Shown: positions 37,246 through 46,645 of the stretch, one piece after another
How positions within the stretch are numbered: the first letter of the stretch is position 1
How the letters are laid out: every line of letters begins with the position of its first letter
From: Oscillospiraceae bacterium
GTDB lineage: Bacteria > Bacillota > Clostridia > Oscillospirales > Ruminococcaceae
Assembly: GCA_017505635.1 (NCBI GenBank)
Contig: JAFVOU010000022.1
Span: forward strand, 37,915-101,914
Direction of reading: 5' to 3'
DNA length: 64,000 nt
The notes under the pieces: generated by a model
The model's database searches: none
The model's input: the letters and a program-made list of their open reading frames with translations, nothing else
What the model was told of the DNA's origin: nothing
Position numbers and translations under genes: made by a program

Positions 37246-38391
37246 TTGAAATTCATCATATTCTCCGCACAATATCTGCCAACAGTAGGCGGTGTTGAGC
37301 GCTACACAAATTCCCTTGCAAAAAAACTTATTGCAAAAGGTCACTCTGTTACAGTGGTAACCTCGGCACTTGACGGTCAGCCCCACTGCGAAACAGACAC
37401 TGACGGCATAAAAATTTTCCGTCTGCCCTGCCTTATGCTTATGGGCGGCAGATTTCCCGTAATAAAACCAAGTGCACAGAAAACTGCTTTCGAAAAGCAC
37501 TTTGCTGCCGAAAAATACGATTTCTGTGTTATACAGACACGCTTTTACATCAACAGCCTGTTTGCCGCACAGCTTTGCAGAAAATATAATGTTCCGTCTC
37601 TGGTTATCGACCACAGCACCAGCCACCTTATGGGCGGCGGCATTGTGGGAAAATGCGGTGACATCTACGAACATTTTGCAGCAGATTATATAAAAAAACG
37701 CACCGATAAATTCTTTGGTGTTTCGGGCAGATGTGCCCACTGGCTTAAACACTTTGGCATAAATGATGCAGGTGTTATGTACAACTGCCCAAACCTTGAC
37801 GCAATCAGCACTTTGCCTGCTGCCGCAAAAAGCGATTACGGCTGCAGCGAAGACGAAATTCTTGTGGTTTTTGCCGCACGTCTTATTGCCGAAAAAGGTG
37901 TTTTAAAGCTGATTGAAGCCTTTAACAAAATTTCCACAACCAACAAGGCAAAACTTGTTATCGCAGGGGACGGCGCCCTTTACAGTCAGGTCAAAGCCAT
38001 GGAAACCAAAAACATCTCGGTTGTAGGGGCCCTTAAATTTGACGATGTTATCGCCCTTTACAAAGCAGCAGATATATTCTGTCTGCCAACCGATTACCCC
38101 GAAGGTTTTCCTACCACCGTGCTGGAGGCTGCCGCCTGCAACACAATGGTTATCGCCGCAGACAAGGGTGGCACGGGAGAAATTATTTCTTCCGATGAGT
38201 ACGGCATTCTCATCACCGACAACACAGTGGAAAACCTTGTAAAAGCCCTCGAAAAGGCAATTGACGACAAAACCTACCGAAACACTGCAATAAAAAATGC
38301 CCATGCAAAACTTATGGAAAGCTTCACATGGGAAAAAACAGCCGCAAAACTGGAGGCAGAAGCAGTTAAAATTATAAACGACAGAGGATAG
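37246..38391 (+). CDS. glycosyltransferase family 4 (GT-B)
   Basis: The TTG start at 37246 follows AGGGAGG. It has an N-terminal YLPTVGGVERY block and the EGFPTTVLEAAACNTMVI (E-x7-E) motif. Confidence 0.85.
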   Translation: MKFIIFSAQYLPTVGGVERYTNSLAKKLIAKGHSVTVVTSALDGQPHCETDTDGIKIFRLPCLMLMGGRFPVIKPSAQKTAFEKHFAAEKYDFCVIQTRFYINSLFAAQLCRKYNVPSLVIDHSTSHLMGGGIVGKCGDIYEHFAADYIKKRTDKFFGVSGRCAHWLKHFGINDAGVMYNCPNLDAISTLPAAAKSDYGCSEDEILVVFAARLIAEKGVLKLIEAFNKISTTNKAKLVIAGDGALYSQVKAMETKNISVVGALKFDDVIALYKAADIFCLPTDYPEGFPTTVLEAAACNTMVIAADKGGTGEIISSDEYGILITDNTVENLVKALEKAIDDKTYRNTAIKNAHAKLMESFTWEKTAAKLEAEAVKIINDRG

Positions 38392-38392
38392 T

Positions 38393-39091
38393 ATGAAAAC
38401 ACTTATAGTTATTCCTGCATACAACGAAAAAGACAATATCGAACGTGTTGTGGACAACCTTATCGAAAATTTCCCGCAGTACGACTACGTTGTGGTCAAC
38501 GACGGCAGCACCGACATTACAGGTGACATCTGCCGCATAAGAGGCTACGAACTTATCGACCTGCCTGTAAACCTTGGTCTTGCAGGCGGCTTTCAGGCGG
38601 GGCTTCGCTATGCAAGAAGCCGCGGCTACGATGCCGTGCTCCAGTTTGACGCAGACGGTCAGCATCTGCCGGAATATATTGCACCGATGATTGAATGCAT
38701 GGAAAAAACCAACTGCGACATCGTTATCGGCAGCCGTTTTGTAACAGTAAAAAAACCAAAAACACTGCGCATGGTAGGCAGCTATCTTATCAGCTGGGCA
38801 ATGCGCTTTACAACAGGCAAAAAAATCTGCGACCCTACAAGCGGCATGCGCCTGTTCAACCGCAGAATGATAAAGGAATTTGCCCTTGATGCAAACTTTG
38901 CCCCGGAACCTGACACAATCAGCTTTTTGCTTAAAAACGGCGCAACAATCCGCGAAGTACAGGTAGAAATGGCAGAACGCATTGCAGGCGAAAGCTACCT
39001 TAACCTTAAAAATGCCGCAAAATATATGTTCAAAATGGGCATATCCATTGTGCTTATCCAGTGGTTCAGAAAGAGAAAGGAGATTAAATAG
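38393..39091 (+). CDS. glycosyltransferase family 2 (polyprenyl-phosphate glycosyltransferase, GtrB/DPM1-like)
   Basis: It has IPAYNE, VVNDGSTD and the FDADGQH (DxD) motif, is 232 aa, and is followed by a DUF2304-type membrane protein. Confidence 0.85.
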   Translation: MKTLIVIPAYNEKDNIERVVDNLIENFPQYDYVVVNDGSTDITGDICRIRGYELIDLPVNLGLAGGFQAGLRYARSRGYDAVLQFDADGQHLPEYIAPMIECMEKTNCDIVIGSRFVTVKKPKTLRMVGSYLISWAMRFTTGKKICDPTSGMRLFNRRMIKEFALDANFAPEPDTISFLLKNGATIREVQVEMAERIAGESYLNLKNAAKYMFKMGISIVLIQWFRKRKEIK

Positions 39092-39093
39092 AT

Positions 39094-39459
39094 ATGAGCA
39101 GTACACTTATCGGTCTTTTGCTTATAGGCAGTGTCTTTACATTTCTGTTTGTAATGCGCCTTATCCGCAAATCTGCCGTGCGCATTGAAGACACATTCTT
39201 CTGGATTTTCTTCTCCCTCATTATAATCATCCTTGCCGCATTCCCCCGCATCCCTTACAGACTTGCAGCAGTTCTGGGCTTCCAGTCACCTATCAACCTT
39301 GTTTACCTTGTTATCATCTTTGTTCTTATTGTAAATCAGTTTCTTATGTCCCTCAAAATCAGCAAGCTGACCATCAAGCAGAAAGAACTTGTTCAGGCAA
39401 TTGCAATCAACGCAAAGCAGAGCAAAGACGAAATGGACGGAAAAAACAGCCTTAATTAA
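39094..39459 (+). CDS. small membrane protein (DUF2304-like)
   Basis: It has four short TM helices and a C-terminal coiled tail. This family commonly partners GtrB-like GT2 genes. Confidence 0.65.
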   Translation: MSSTLIGLLLIGSVFTFLFVMRLIRKSAVRIEDTFFWIFFSLIIIILAAFPRIPYRLAAVLGFQSPINLVYLVIIFVLIVNQFLMSLKISKLTIKQKELVQAIAINAKQSKDEMDGKNSLN

Positions 39460-39509
39460 TGCAAACAAAAAATCTCACGGTTCTCCGTGAGATTTTCTTT
39501 TTGTGTATA

Positions 39510-40790
39510 TTATTCAATTATCTTTTCAAAACAGTCCAGCATACTTTCGGCAACATATTCCACCGTTGCTGTTCTGTACAGTTCCTTTACTGTGGCAAAA
39601 TCAACATTTCTGCCTTTTGCATTTTCCAGAAAATTTTTCAATTCTGCAACCTCTGCACTTTTCCATTCCTGCAGATTATGCACCAGCGGATATTTTGCAA
39701 AATACTCTGCCGCAGGGCAGTTTTCAATTCTCTGAAGATTTAAAATCGGTTTGCCCATTGCAAAATAGTCAAAGATTTTGCTTGGCACCTGATTGTCGAT
39801 TTTATTGCTTATGTTAAACAGCACATCCGCCTTTTCCATTGTGGCAAGGGCAACATCCGCACTCACCTTTTCCTTAAAGAAAACATTCTGCGGATATTTT
39901 TCTATATACTCATCCAGCACCGCGCTGTTGTTTGTGCCCATAAAATATATGCGCACCTTTTCGCCTTTATCAAACAGACTGCTTAAAGCTTTAAGGGCAT
40001 ATTCAGGGCTGCGAAAGCTGTCTGCCACCACGCCTCCAAAAAGAATATTGATATATTCCCCGTCAAAATCAATTGCGGATTTTACCGTTTTTCTGCCGTC
40101 TGTTTCCGCCTTTGCCTTAACATTCGGAAAATCCACCGCCGTCATTTTATCTGTATATTTTTTATACAGTTCATCTTCAGCATACTGTCTTTTAAGCACA
40201 GGTGTGGTAAAAATATGTTCCACCTTGTCAAAAGCGGCACATTCCTTTTCAATAACAGCAACGTCACCGTTTGGGTTGTCAATGCGGTGCAACCCCCACG
40301 GGTCCATCTGATATGCCACCATCGGCACATCAATACCGCCGTTTACAACCTTTTCAAAGCTGTTTATCGGTTTGTACGGCAGCACCATAACATCAGGCGC
40401 AAATTCTGCCGCAAAGCCTTTCAGCTGTTTCAAACAGGACGGCTGTTCCACCTTTTCGATATATGCGGCATTGTATCTTGCCGCCAGCCATACAGCTTTA
40501 AGCGGATGTTTTTTTATAAATTCTCCCCGCAGGGAATTTCTGTCCCCTTTGCTGATAAACTCCTCAAAAGCTTCACTTGCCGTTACTATTGCCTTTGGCG
40601 CACTGAATTTTTTAAGCAGCACACCATTGTAAAATTCATCACAAGGCTTGTAATAGCAGATGCCGTACATCGCAACTTCGTGCCCCTGTCCTGCCATATA
40701 TTCTGCAAGCTGCAGCACTATTTTTGTATTGGCGTTAAGTTCTTTGTCAAGTTCCCCTGCCGAAAACAGTATCTTCACGGTATGCACCAC
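39510..40790 (-). CDS. GT-B fold glycosyltransferase-like protein
   Basis: The C-terminal SKIFDYFAMGKPIL block is similar to the GT4 donor-binding motif. The N-terminal half was not recognised. Confidence 0.55.
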   Translation of the reverse strand: MVHTVKILFSAGELDKELNANTKIVLQLAEYMAGQGHEVAMYGICYYKPCDEFYNGVLLKKFSAPKAIVTASEAFEEFISKGDRNSLRGEFIKKHPLKAVWLAARYNAAYIEKVEQPSCLKQLKGFAAEFAPDVMVLPYKPINSFEKVVNGGIDVPMVAYQMDPWGLHRIDNPNGDVAVIEKECAAFDKVEHIFTTPVLKRQYAEDELYKKYTDKMTAVDFPNVKAKAETDGRKTVKSAIDFDGEYINILFGGVVADSFRSPEYALKALSSLFDKGEKVRIYFMGTNNSAVLDEYIEKYPQNVFFKEKVSADVALATMEKADVLFNISNKIDNQVPSKIFDYFAMGKPILNLQRIENCPAAEYFAKYPLVHNLQEWKSAEVAELKNFLENAKGRNVDFATVKELYRTATVEYVAESMLDCFEKIIE

Positions 40791-40859
40791 CTTCCAAAAC
40801 TACATTTTGTATAAACAAGTCACAATATTACATTTTGCATACACCCCTGAAGCACAACC

Positions 40860-41906
40860 CTATCTTGCCACAAAGCGGGAATACACCTTAACCAGCAGAT
40901 AAAGCGGTGTGTACAGTTTATATCTCATTAAAATCCAGAACAGTTTAACCTGAAATTCCACACAGCTTAAATCGTCCCTGCTGAAAGACAAATCAACCCT
41001 GTTGCCATCGATTGTCTCTTTAAGATATCTTTTAACTTCGCCCAGCGGCAAAGCATCAATTTTCTTTTTAACCACCGCAGAAAAGGTAACGATAAACCTT
41101 ATGCGGTTGCGTTTTTCCACTTCCCGTGCATCAAGGCCCAGTCTTTTTCCAATCTGCTTTGTGTACTCTGCAAAGCGTTTAAGGGCAGGTACAGTATAAT
41201 CGTGCACTCTGTTGGAAACCGAACCCATATGCCTGCGGTAAAAATAAAGGGGACTGTTGACAGCCTTTGCCCTTTCTGCATAGGACAAAAACTCTATATT
41301 GAAAAAGTTATCCTCACTGAAAACTTCTTCCATAGGTTTAACCGCAAGATTATTTTTTTCAATAATGCTTCTGCGGTAAACCGCCATACACATACTGCCT
41401 GCAATTTCAACCCCCGCTTTTGTGCTTGCAATCAGCGGCAGAATCATCTGCTGTGCAATCTCTCCGTTGGTTGTACAGTCACTTTCGCTTATATTGCGCA
41501 TACTGCGGTTGGACAAATCATCATCAAAAAAGCGGTAGCAGGTACAGTACACTGCATCGAGATTGTTTTCTTCAATCTCCTTCATCAGCTGACAGTACAT
41601 ATCGGTGTCGATAACATCATCCCCGTCCACAAAGGTCACATATTCGCCCTTTGCCACTGCCATACCGCAGTTGCGGCTGTCTCCCGGGCCTTTGCCCTCA
41701 CTTTTAACAATGGTGATATTGTCATATTTTTCTGCAAACTGACGGCATATCTCCATACTTTTGTCGGGATAACCGCCGTCCACAATAATAATTTCAAAAT
41801 TTTGCCGTGATTGACTAATCACCGACTGCAGGCAGTCGGTGATATATTTTTCGGTATTATAAACGGTTACAATTACGCTGAGTTTTGGATTCAATACTTT
41901 CTGCAT
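40860..41906 (-). CDS. glycosyltransferase family 2
   Basis: It has LSVIVTVYNTEKYI, IIIVDGGYPD and the FVDGDD motifs. Confidence 0.85.
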   Translation of the reverse strand: MQKVLNPKLSVIVTVYNTEKYITDCLQSVISQSRQNFEIIIVDGGYPDKSMEICRQFAEKYDNITIVKSEGKGPGDSRNCGMAVAKGEYVTFVDGDDVIDTDMYCQLMKEIEENNLDAVYCTCYRFFDDDLSNRSMRNISESDCTTNGEIAQQMILPLIASTKAGVEIAGSMCMAVYRRSIIEKNNLAVKPMEEVFSEDNFFNIEFLSYAERAKAVNSPLYFYRRHMGSVSNRVHDYTVPALKRFAEYTKQIGKRLGLDAREVEKRNRIRFIVTFSAVVKKKIDALPLGEVKRYLKETIDGNRVDLSFSRDDLSCVEFQVKLFWILMRYKLYTPLYLLVKVYSRFVAR

Positions 41907-42676
41907 AATTTTTTAATTCCTCTCAGGCAGTAGGCACCGCCGATTAAAACCTTGTCCTTTATTGCTGCAGGGCCTGCCATAAGTTCCTTTACATACAGCG
42001 AATATCCCTGCCAGTTGGTTATAAGATTTTTGTCCACATTTTTTGTCATACCGTCTTCAAGGTATTCGGTTATGTGCACAATTTCATTGAACCATCTTAT
42101 TTTGTATCCCGCCTTTGCAATGCGGTTCCAGATAAGTGCTTCCGGCACAAACTTTTCCCCCGCAAATTCAGGAAACGGAAACTGTCTTATCACTTCGGTA
42201 AAAAACATTTCGGATTTATCCCCACCAATGTTGTGACTTGCCCTTTCCAATGTTGTGGCGTCCACATATTCACCCTCAAAGGTTGTACCGATTATACCGC
42301 CGCTTTTATCGCCGCGCAGACCGCCCACACCTGCAAACTTTTCGCCTTCAGGCAGATTTTTTATCCATTTAAGGCAGGTTTCCACACCTTTTGGTGTCGC
42401 TGTATCATCGCTGTCGATAATCCAGAAATATTCACCCTGTGCAAGCTGCAGGCCGCAGTTTATTGCACTTGGCTTGCCGCCGTTTGCCTTTTTATGGTAT
42501 CTCACCGCAAACTTGCCGTTATCAAGCCAGTCCCTCACCAGTTCTTCGGTGTTGTCGGTGCTGCCGTCATCCACAATAAGCCACTCAAAATCAAAACAGG
42601 TCTGATTAAGCAGGCTGTTGTACAAATCCCCAAGGGTATATGCACGGTTGTAGGTAGGTGTAAAAACAGTAATCAT
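41891..42676 (-). CDS. glycosyltransferase family 2
   Basis: It has ITVFTPTYNRA, LIVDDGSTDNT and the IIDSDD motifs. It overlaps the next GT2 gene by 16 nt. Confidence 0.85.
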   Translation of the reverse strand: MITVFTPTYNRAYTLGDLYNSLLNQTCFDFEWLIVDDGSTDNTEELVRDWLDNGKFAVRYHKKANGGKPSAINCGLQLAQGEYFWIIDSDDTATPKGVETCLKWIKNLPEGEKFAGVGGLRGDKSGGIIGTTFEGEYVDATTLERASHNIGGDKSEMFFTEVIRQFPFPEFAGEKFVPEALIWNRIAKAGYKIRWFNEIVHITEYLEDGMTKNVDKNLITNWQGYSLYVKELMAGPAAIKDKVLIGGAYCLRGIKKLCRKY

Positions 42677-42685
42677 AACATCACC

Positions 42686-43795
42686 TTAAAGCCGGGAAAA
42701 TTTTTCAAGATAGAATTTCTGCACCTTGTCGGCAACTTCGCCGATGTCATAGCCGCATTCTCTTATGCGGTCGTGGTTGTTTTTCTTTTCGCTTACATCT
42801 GTGTTAAGTATAACATCTGCCCAGTACTGCGCACCTTTTTCAAGAGGGATAAACACAATGTCATCACTCACTTTTGCTTCCATAGGCACACGGTCACTTG
42901 CAATGCATTTTACACCGCAGGCCTGTGCTTCCACAAACACAATGCCAAGGCCTTCAAACAGACTTGGCAGACACATAATGTCTGTTCTCTGCAGCAGTGC
43001 ATTTACATCGTTGCAGTCGCCCATAAACTCCACAGCCCCGTTCAGACCAAGTGCTGCAACCTTATCTTTAAGCATAGCTTCGGTGTCGCCTGTGCCGGCA
43101 ATAACAAGCTGTGCATTTTTGTTTTTCTTATAAACTTCGCTGAATATATCTATAAGGAATGTATGATTTTTTTCTGCAGCCAGTCTGCCAACGCAGGCTA
43201 TGGTAAGCTTGCTGCGGTCGCGTTTGTCCTCGCAGCTGAATTTTTTAAGGTCAATACCGTTCTTAACCACATTTACATCATCGCGGTCCCTGCCAAACAG
43301 CCAGTCACCAGCCTCCTTGCTGCAGGCAAAGCGGTCGGTACAGTTAGGGTTAATCATAAAGCCATAATAACCCTTAACCACCTTGTATGCCAGCATACCG
43401 CTGGATGCAACCGAATGGCTGTGGCTGATGCGCACAGGAATACCTGCACGTTTTGCCTCACGCATGATATGTCCCGAAAACTTGTCCATATGGGAATGAA
43501 CAATTTTGTATTCCGGATGGGATGCAAAGAATTCCCTTACATATTTTGTATATGCAAAAGGCCCTTTTTCGGTAATAAACGGAATTTTGTACAGCCTGCC
43601 GCCAAGAGCTTCTATCTCCGGCTTATACACGCCGCCAAAGCTGTACAGAAAGTCAAACTGAACCTTTGTGCGGTCGATGTTGCGGTAGAGGTTCATAATA
43701 TAAGTCTCATAACCTCCGCGTCCTATGCCTGCAACACAGTGCAGAATACGGACAGGTTCGCCGTTATTCATTTGTTTTTCGTTTAAAGTGTTCAT
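42686..43795 (-). CDS. glycosyltransferase family 4 (GT-B)
   Basis: It has the N-terminal ILHCVAGIGRGGYETY block and the EGLGIVFVEAQACGVKCI (E-x7-E) motif. Confidence 0.85.
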   Translation of the reverse strand: MNTLNEKQMNNGEPVRILHCVAGIGRGGYETYIMNLYRNIDRTKVQFDFLYSFGGVYKPEIEALGGRLYKIPFITEKGPFAYTKYVREFFASHPEYKIVHSHMDKFSGHIMREAKRAGIPVRISHSHSVASSGMLAYKVVKGYYGFMINPNCTDRFACSKEAGDWLFGRDRDDVNVVKNGIDLKKFSCEDKRDRSKLTIACVGRLAAEKNHTFLIDIFSEVYKKNKNAQLVIAGTGDTEAMLKDKVAALGLNGAVEFMGDCNDVNALLQRTDIMCLPSLFEGLGIVFVEAQACGVKCIASDRVPMEAKVSDDIVFIPLEKGAQYWADVILNTDVSEKKNNHDRIRECGYDIGEVADKVQKFYLEKFSRL

Positions 43796-44074
43796 ACATT
43801 CACCTTTTATATAAGAGTGTCACAATCATGCCCAAGCATCGGCACGATGACACACTACGGCTATTTTATTATCCATATAATTATACTATATCCCATACCA
43901 AAAATCAACAACAGGTGTCGCCTCCGCCGCCATACACGTTTTGCTGTATAGGCATTTTTTTGAGACTGTAGCAATAACCGTGCAAATTTTCGCCCTTCCC
44001 GCCTTTACACATATTTTTCATTTGACATAGATATTATTTTGCCATATAATCCATATGTTAAGGGGGGTGACCGC

Positions 44075-46459
44075 ATGAAAAAGAAAAAGCTTTTATTTAT
44101 TTTATTACCAATCATATCTGCACTTTGTATCGGTGCATTTTTTGTATACACAAATGGCCTTACAACACCAAATCCGCACATCACCTGCATCGAATCAAGC
44201 GGCAAACCGGAAATATCCTGGAGTGCTGTGGAAGGTGCCGGCAAATACGAAATATGGCGGTCTGCAACAGGCAAAGCAGTTTCCTTTAAAAAAATACACA
44301 CTACAGAAACAACATCATTTGCCGACACAACTGCTGTTGCCGGAGAAAAATATTTTTACAAGGTAAAATCCGTATCAGGCATCAAAGGTGCTTTTTCTCA
44401 CCCTGTAAACATTGTATGCACCCTTGCCGCACCGGAACTTACAGATTTTTCCAACGATGCCATCACAGGCAAAATCATAATCAACTGGAATGCTGTTGAA
44501 GGTGCTTCAGAATACGAGGTATACCGCAGTGAAACAGGCGAAGAAGGCAGTTTTCAGCTTATTGCAGATACAGCCTCAGCAAGTTTCACCGATAAAGATA
44601 CTGCCGCAGGCGCAGTATATTACTACAAAGTAAAAGCAATCCACGCAAACTCCGTGGCAGACAGTGTGTTATCCTCTGCCCGCAGTCATATATGTGTCCT
44701 TCCATCTCCAACCGGTCTTACCCTTTCCAACATTGGCAAAACGGGCAAAATCCAGCTTAAATGGTCCCCTGTCGAAGATGCATCTGAATATGCGGTTTAC
44801 CGCAGTGAGACAGGCGAAGAAGGCAGTTTCACCTTCCTTTCCGGCACAGAAAAAACTTCATTTACCGACAGCACTGCCCTTGCCGGCAGCACATACCATT
44901 ACAAAGTAACGGCTGTGCACTCCAATGCCGAAGCAGAAAGCGCATTTTCTGCTGCTGAAAAACAGGTATGCATACTTGCAAAACCTGTAATCTCAAATCT
45001 TTACCGCAATGCTTCCGGTGTTGCTGTTATGGAGTGGACTGCGGTTGAAGGCGCTTCAGTATACGAAATTTACCGCAGCACAACAGGTGAAGACGGCAGC
45101 TTCAAGCTTCTTTCCGAAACTGCATCCGCAGCTTTTGCCGACGAAAATGCTTCTACAGATAAAATCTATTACTACAAAGTCAAGGCAATTCACAGCGACA
45201 AAGATGCAAACAGCAAACTTTCCGACAGCCATATGCTGTCAAGCAAACTTTCCTCTCCTGTAATCACAATCGAAACCAATCAGGACGGCAACCCTGTTAT
45301 CAGATGGGAAAGACAGTATAATGCAACAGGTTACGAAATTTACCGTGCGGTAAACGAAAACGGCATCTACCGCAAACTGTCCACAGCAAAAGGCAACTCC
45401 TATGTAAGCACCGACATTTTTGACGGCGCAGAATATTTCTACAGAATAAAAGCCCTTGCAAAGTCCGAAACCGACAGCTCTGACTTTTCAAACACTGTCA
45501 GCTTTATCAAAGGCGGAACACCTGCAGAGTTTACAACCGCATATGTTTCATCCCTTATGATTACCGCATATGCAGAACCCGTAAAAGGTTACGAACCTGT
45601 AGTAATTCCATATATGTACGAAGTTCAGCTTGGCCCGACAATATCCCAATCTCCAAAAGGCAGCTGGATTCAGATTAAACATCAGGACAAAACTCTCTAC
45701 ATCGTGGCCGAAGAATGTGCTTCATCCTTCACCGATACTCAAAGCAGTTTTGACTATATAAAACCGGAACACACTGCAATCCAGAACGAAATTCTCGAAC
45801 TTGCAATGAGCTGGCTGGATAAGCCTACCTGTTACATCCTCAACGCCCTCCCCGGTGACATAGACCTTGCAACAGGCAAATACGCCTTTGACTGTTCCGG
45901 ATTTGCAAAGTATGTTATTGATACTGTTATGAGCAGATACGTCCCTTGTTTCTTCCTCACCACAAACATCACCGACCTCTACTGCTATGGTCCTCTTTAC
46001 AACAAAGGTTTCAACAATCAGTTTGACGCCATTGATGTTCCTCTGGAAGAAATCCGTCCGGGTGATGTTGTGTTCTTCAAACTTAACGAAAACGACCCTA
46101 AAATCGTTACCCACTGCGGAATTTATATGGGCAACGATGAATATATCCACTGTACAGATGCAACTGACGGTGTTTTTATTGCACCTCTGAACGAAATACG
46201 CAGAGAAAAAATTGTAGGTGTAAAACGTTATTATCCTGATAAGGTTGAACCTGCAAACCAGCCTATACGAAACACCGAAAAACGCAAGGTTGCTATTTTC
46301 AGCGAGCCTGATACAGAGTCCCTGCAGATTGGCAAGGTTGCAAAAAGCGGCGAGGTAACACTTCTTTTTACAACCATTACAGAAAACTGGGGATATGTAC
46401 AGACAGCCGACGGCCAGAACGGCTATGTGCTTATGAGGTATTTCGAAGCCGTGCAATAA
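44075..46459 (+). CDS. cell-wall hydrolase: signal anchor + 5 FN3-like repeats + NlpC/P60 + C-terminal SH3b
   Basis: The ATG at 44075 follows AAGGGGGG. The repeats have the consensus W..VEGA..YE.YRS.TG..GSF....YYYKVKA. The catalytic residues are FDCSGF and HCGIYMG, and the SH3b-like tail reads NWGYVQTADGQNGYV. Confidence 0.85.
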   Translation: MKKKKLLFILLPIISALCIGAFFVYTNGLTTPNPHITCIESSGKPEISWSAVEGAGKYEIWRSATGKAVSFKKIHTTETTSFADTTAVAGEKYFYKVKSVSGIKGAFSHPVNIVCTLAAPELTDFSNDAITGKIIINWNAVEGASEYEVYRSETGEEGSFQLIADTASASFTDKDTAAGAVYYYKVKAIHANSVADSVLSSARSHICVLPSPTGLTLSNIGKTGKIQLKWSPVEDASEYAVYRSETGEEGSFTFLSGTEKTSFTDSTALAGSTYHYKVTAVHSNAEAESAFSAAEKQVCILAKPVISNLYRNASGVAVMEWTAVEGASVYEIYRSTTGEDGSFKLLSETASAAFADENASTDKIYYYKVKAIHSDKDANSKLSDSHMLSSKLSSPVITIETNQDGNPVIRWERQYNATGYEIYRAVNENGIYRKLSTAKGNSYVSTDIFDGAEYFYRIKALAKSETDSSDFSNTVSFIKGGTPAEFTTAYVSSLMITAYAEPVKGYEPVVIPYMYEVQLGPTISQSPKGSWIQIKHQDKTLYIVAEECASSFTDTQSSFDYIKPEHTAIQNEILELAMSWLDKPTCYILNALPGDIDLATGKYAFDCSGFAKYVIDTVMSRYVPCFFLTTNITDLYCYGPLYNKGFNNQFDAIDVPLEEIRPGDVVFFKLNENDPKIVTHCGIYMGNDEYIHCTDATDGVFIAPLNEIRREKIVGVKRYYPDKVEPANQPIRNTEKRKVAIFSEPDTESLQIGKVAKSGEVTLLFTTITENWGYVQTADGQNGYVLMRYFEAVQ
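44168..45512 (+). repeat. five tandem ~90-codon FN3-like repeats (coding)
   Basis: The repeat boundaries were read from the translated sequence and are approximate. Confidence 0.7.
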
Positions 46460-46645
46460 AGCGGAAATCCTTATTGCCACAACGCAATCAATCTCTGTAA
46501 CAACAGATATCCTGAATAAACAAACAGCACCCGTGTACTGCAAAGCAGCACATGGGTGCTATTTTTTTCTGTACTTTTTCAACTCGCGCTTTTATTTGAC
46601 ATATCACAATTTATGCTTTATAGTTAAAACGAGAGAGGTGTATTT

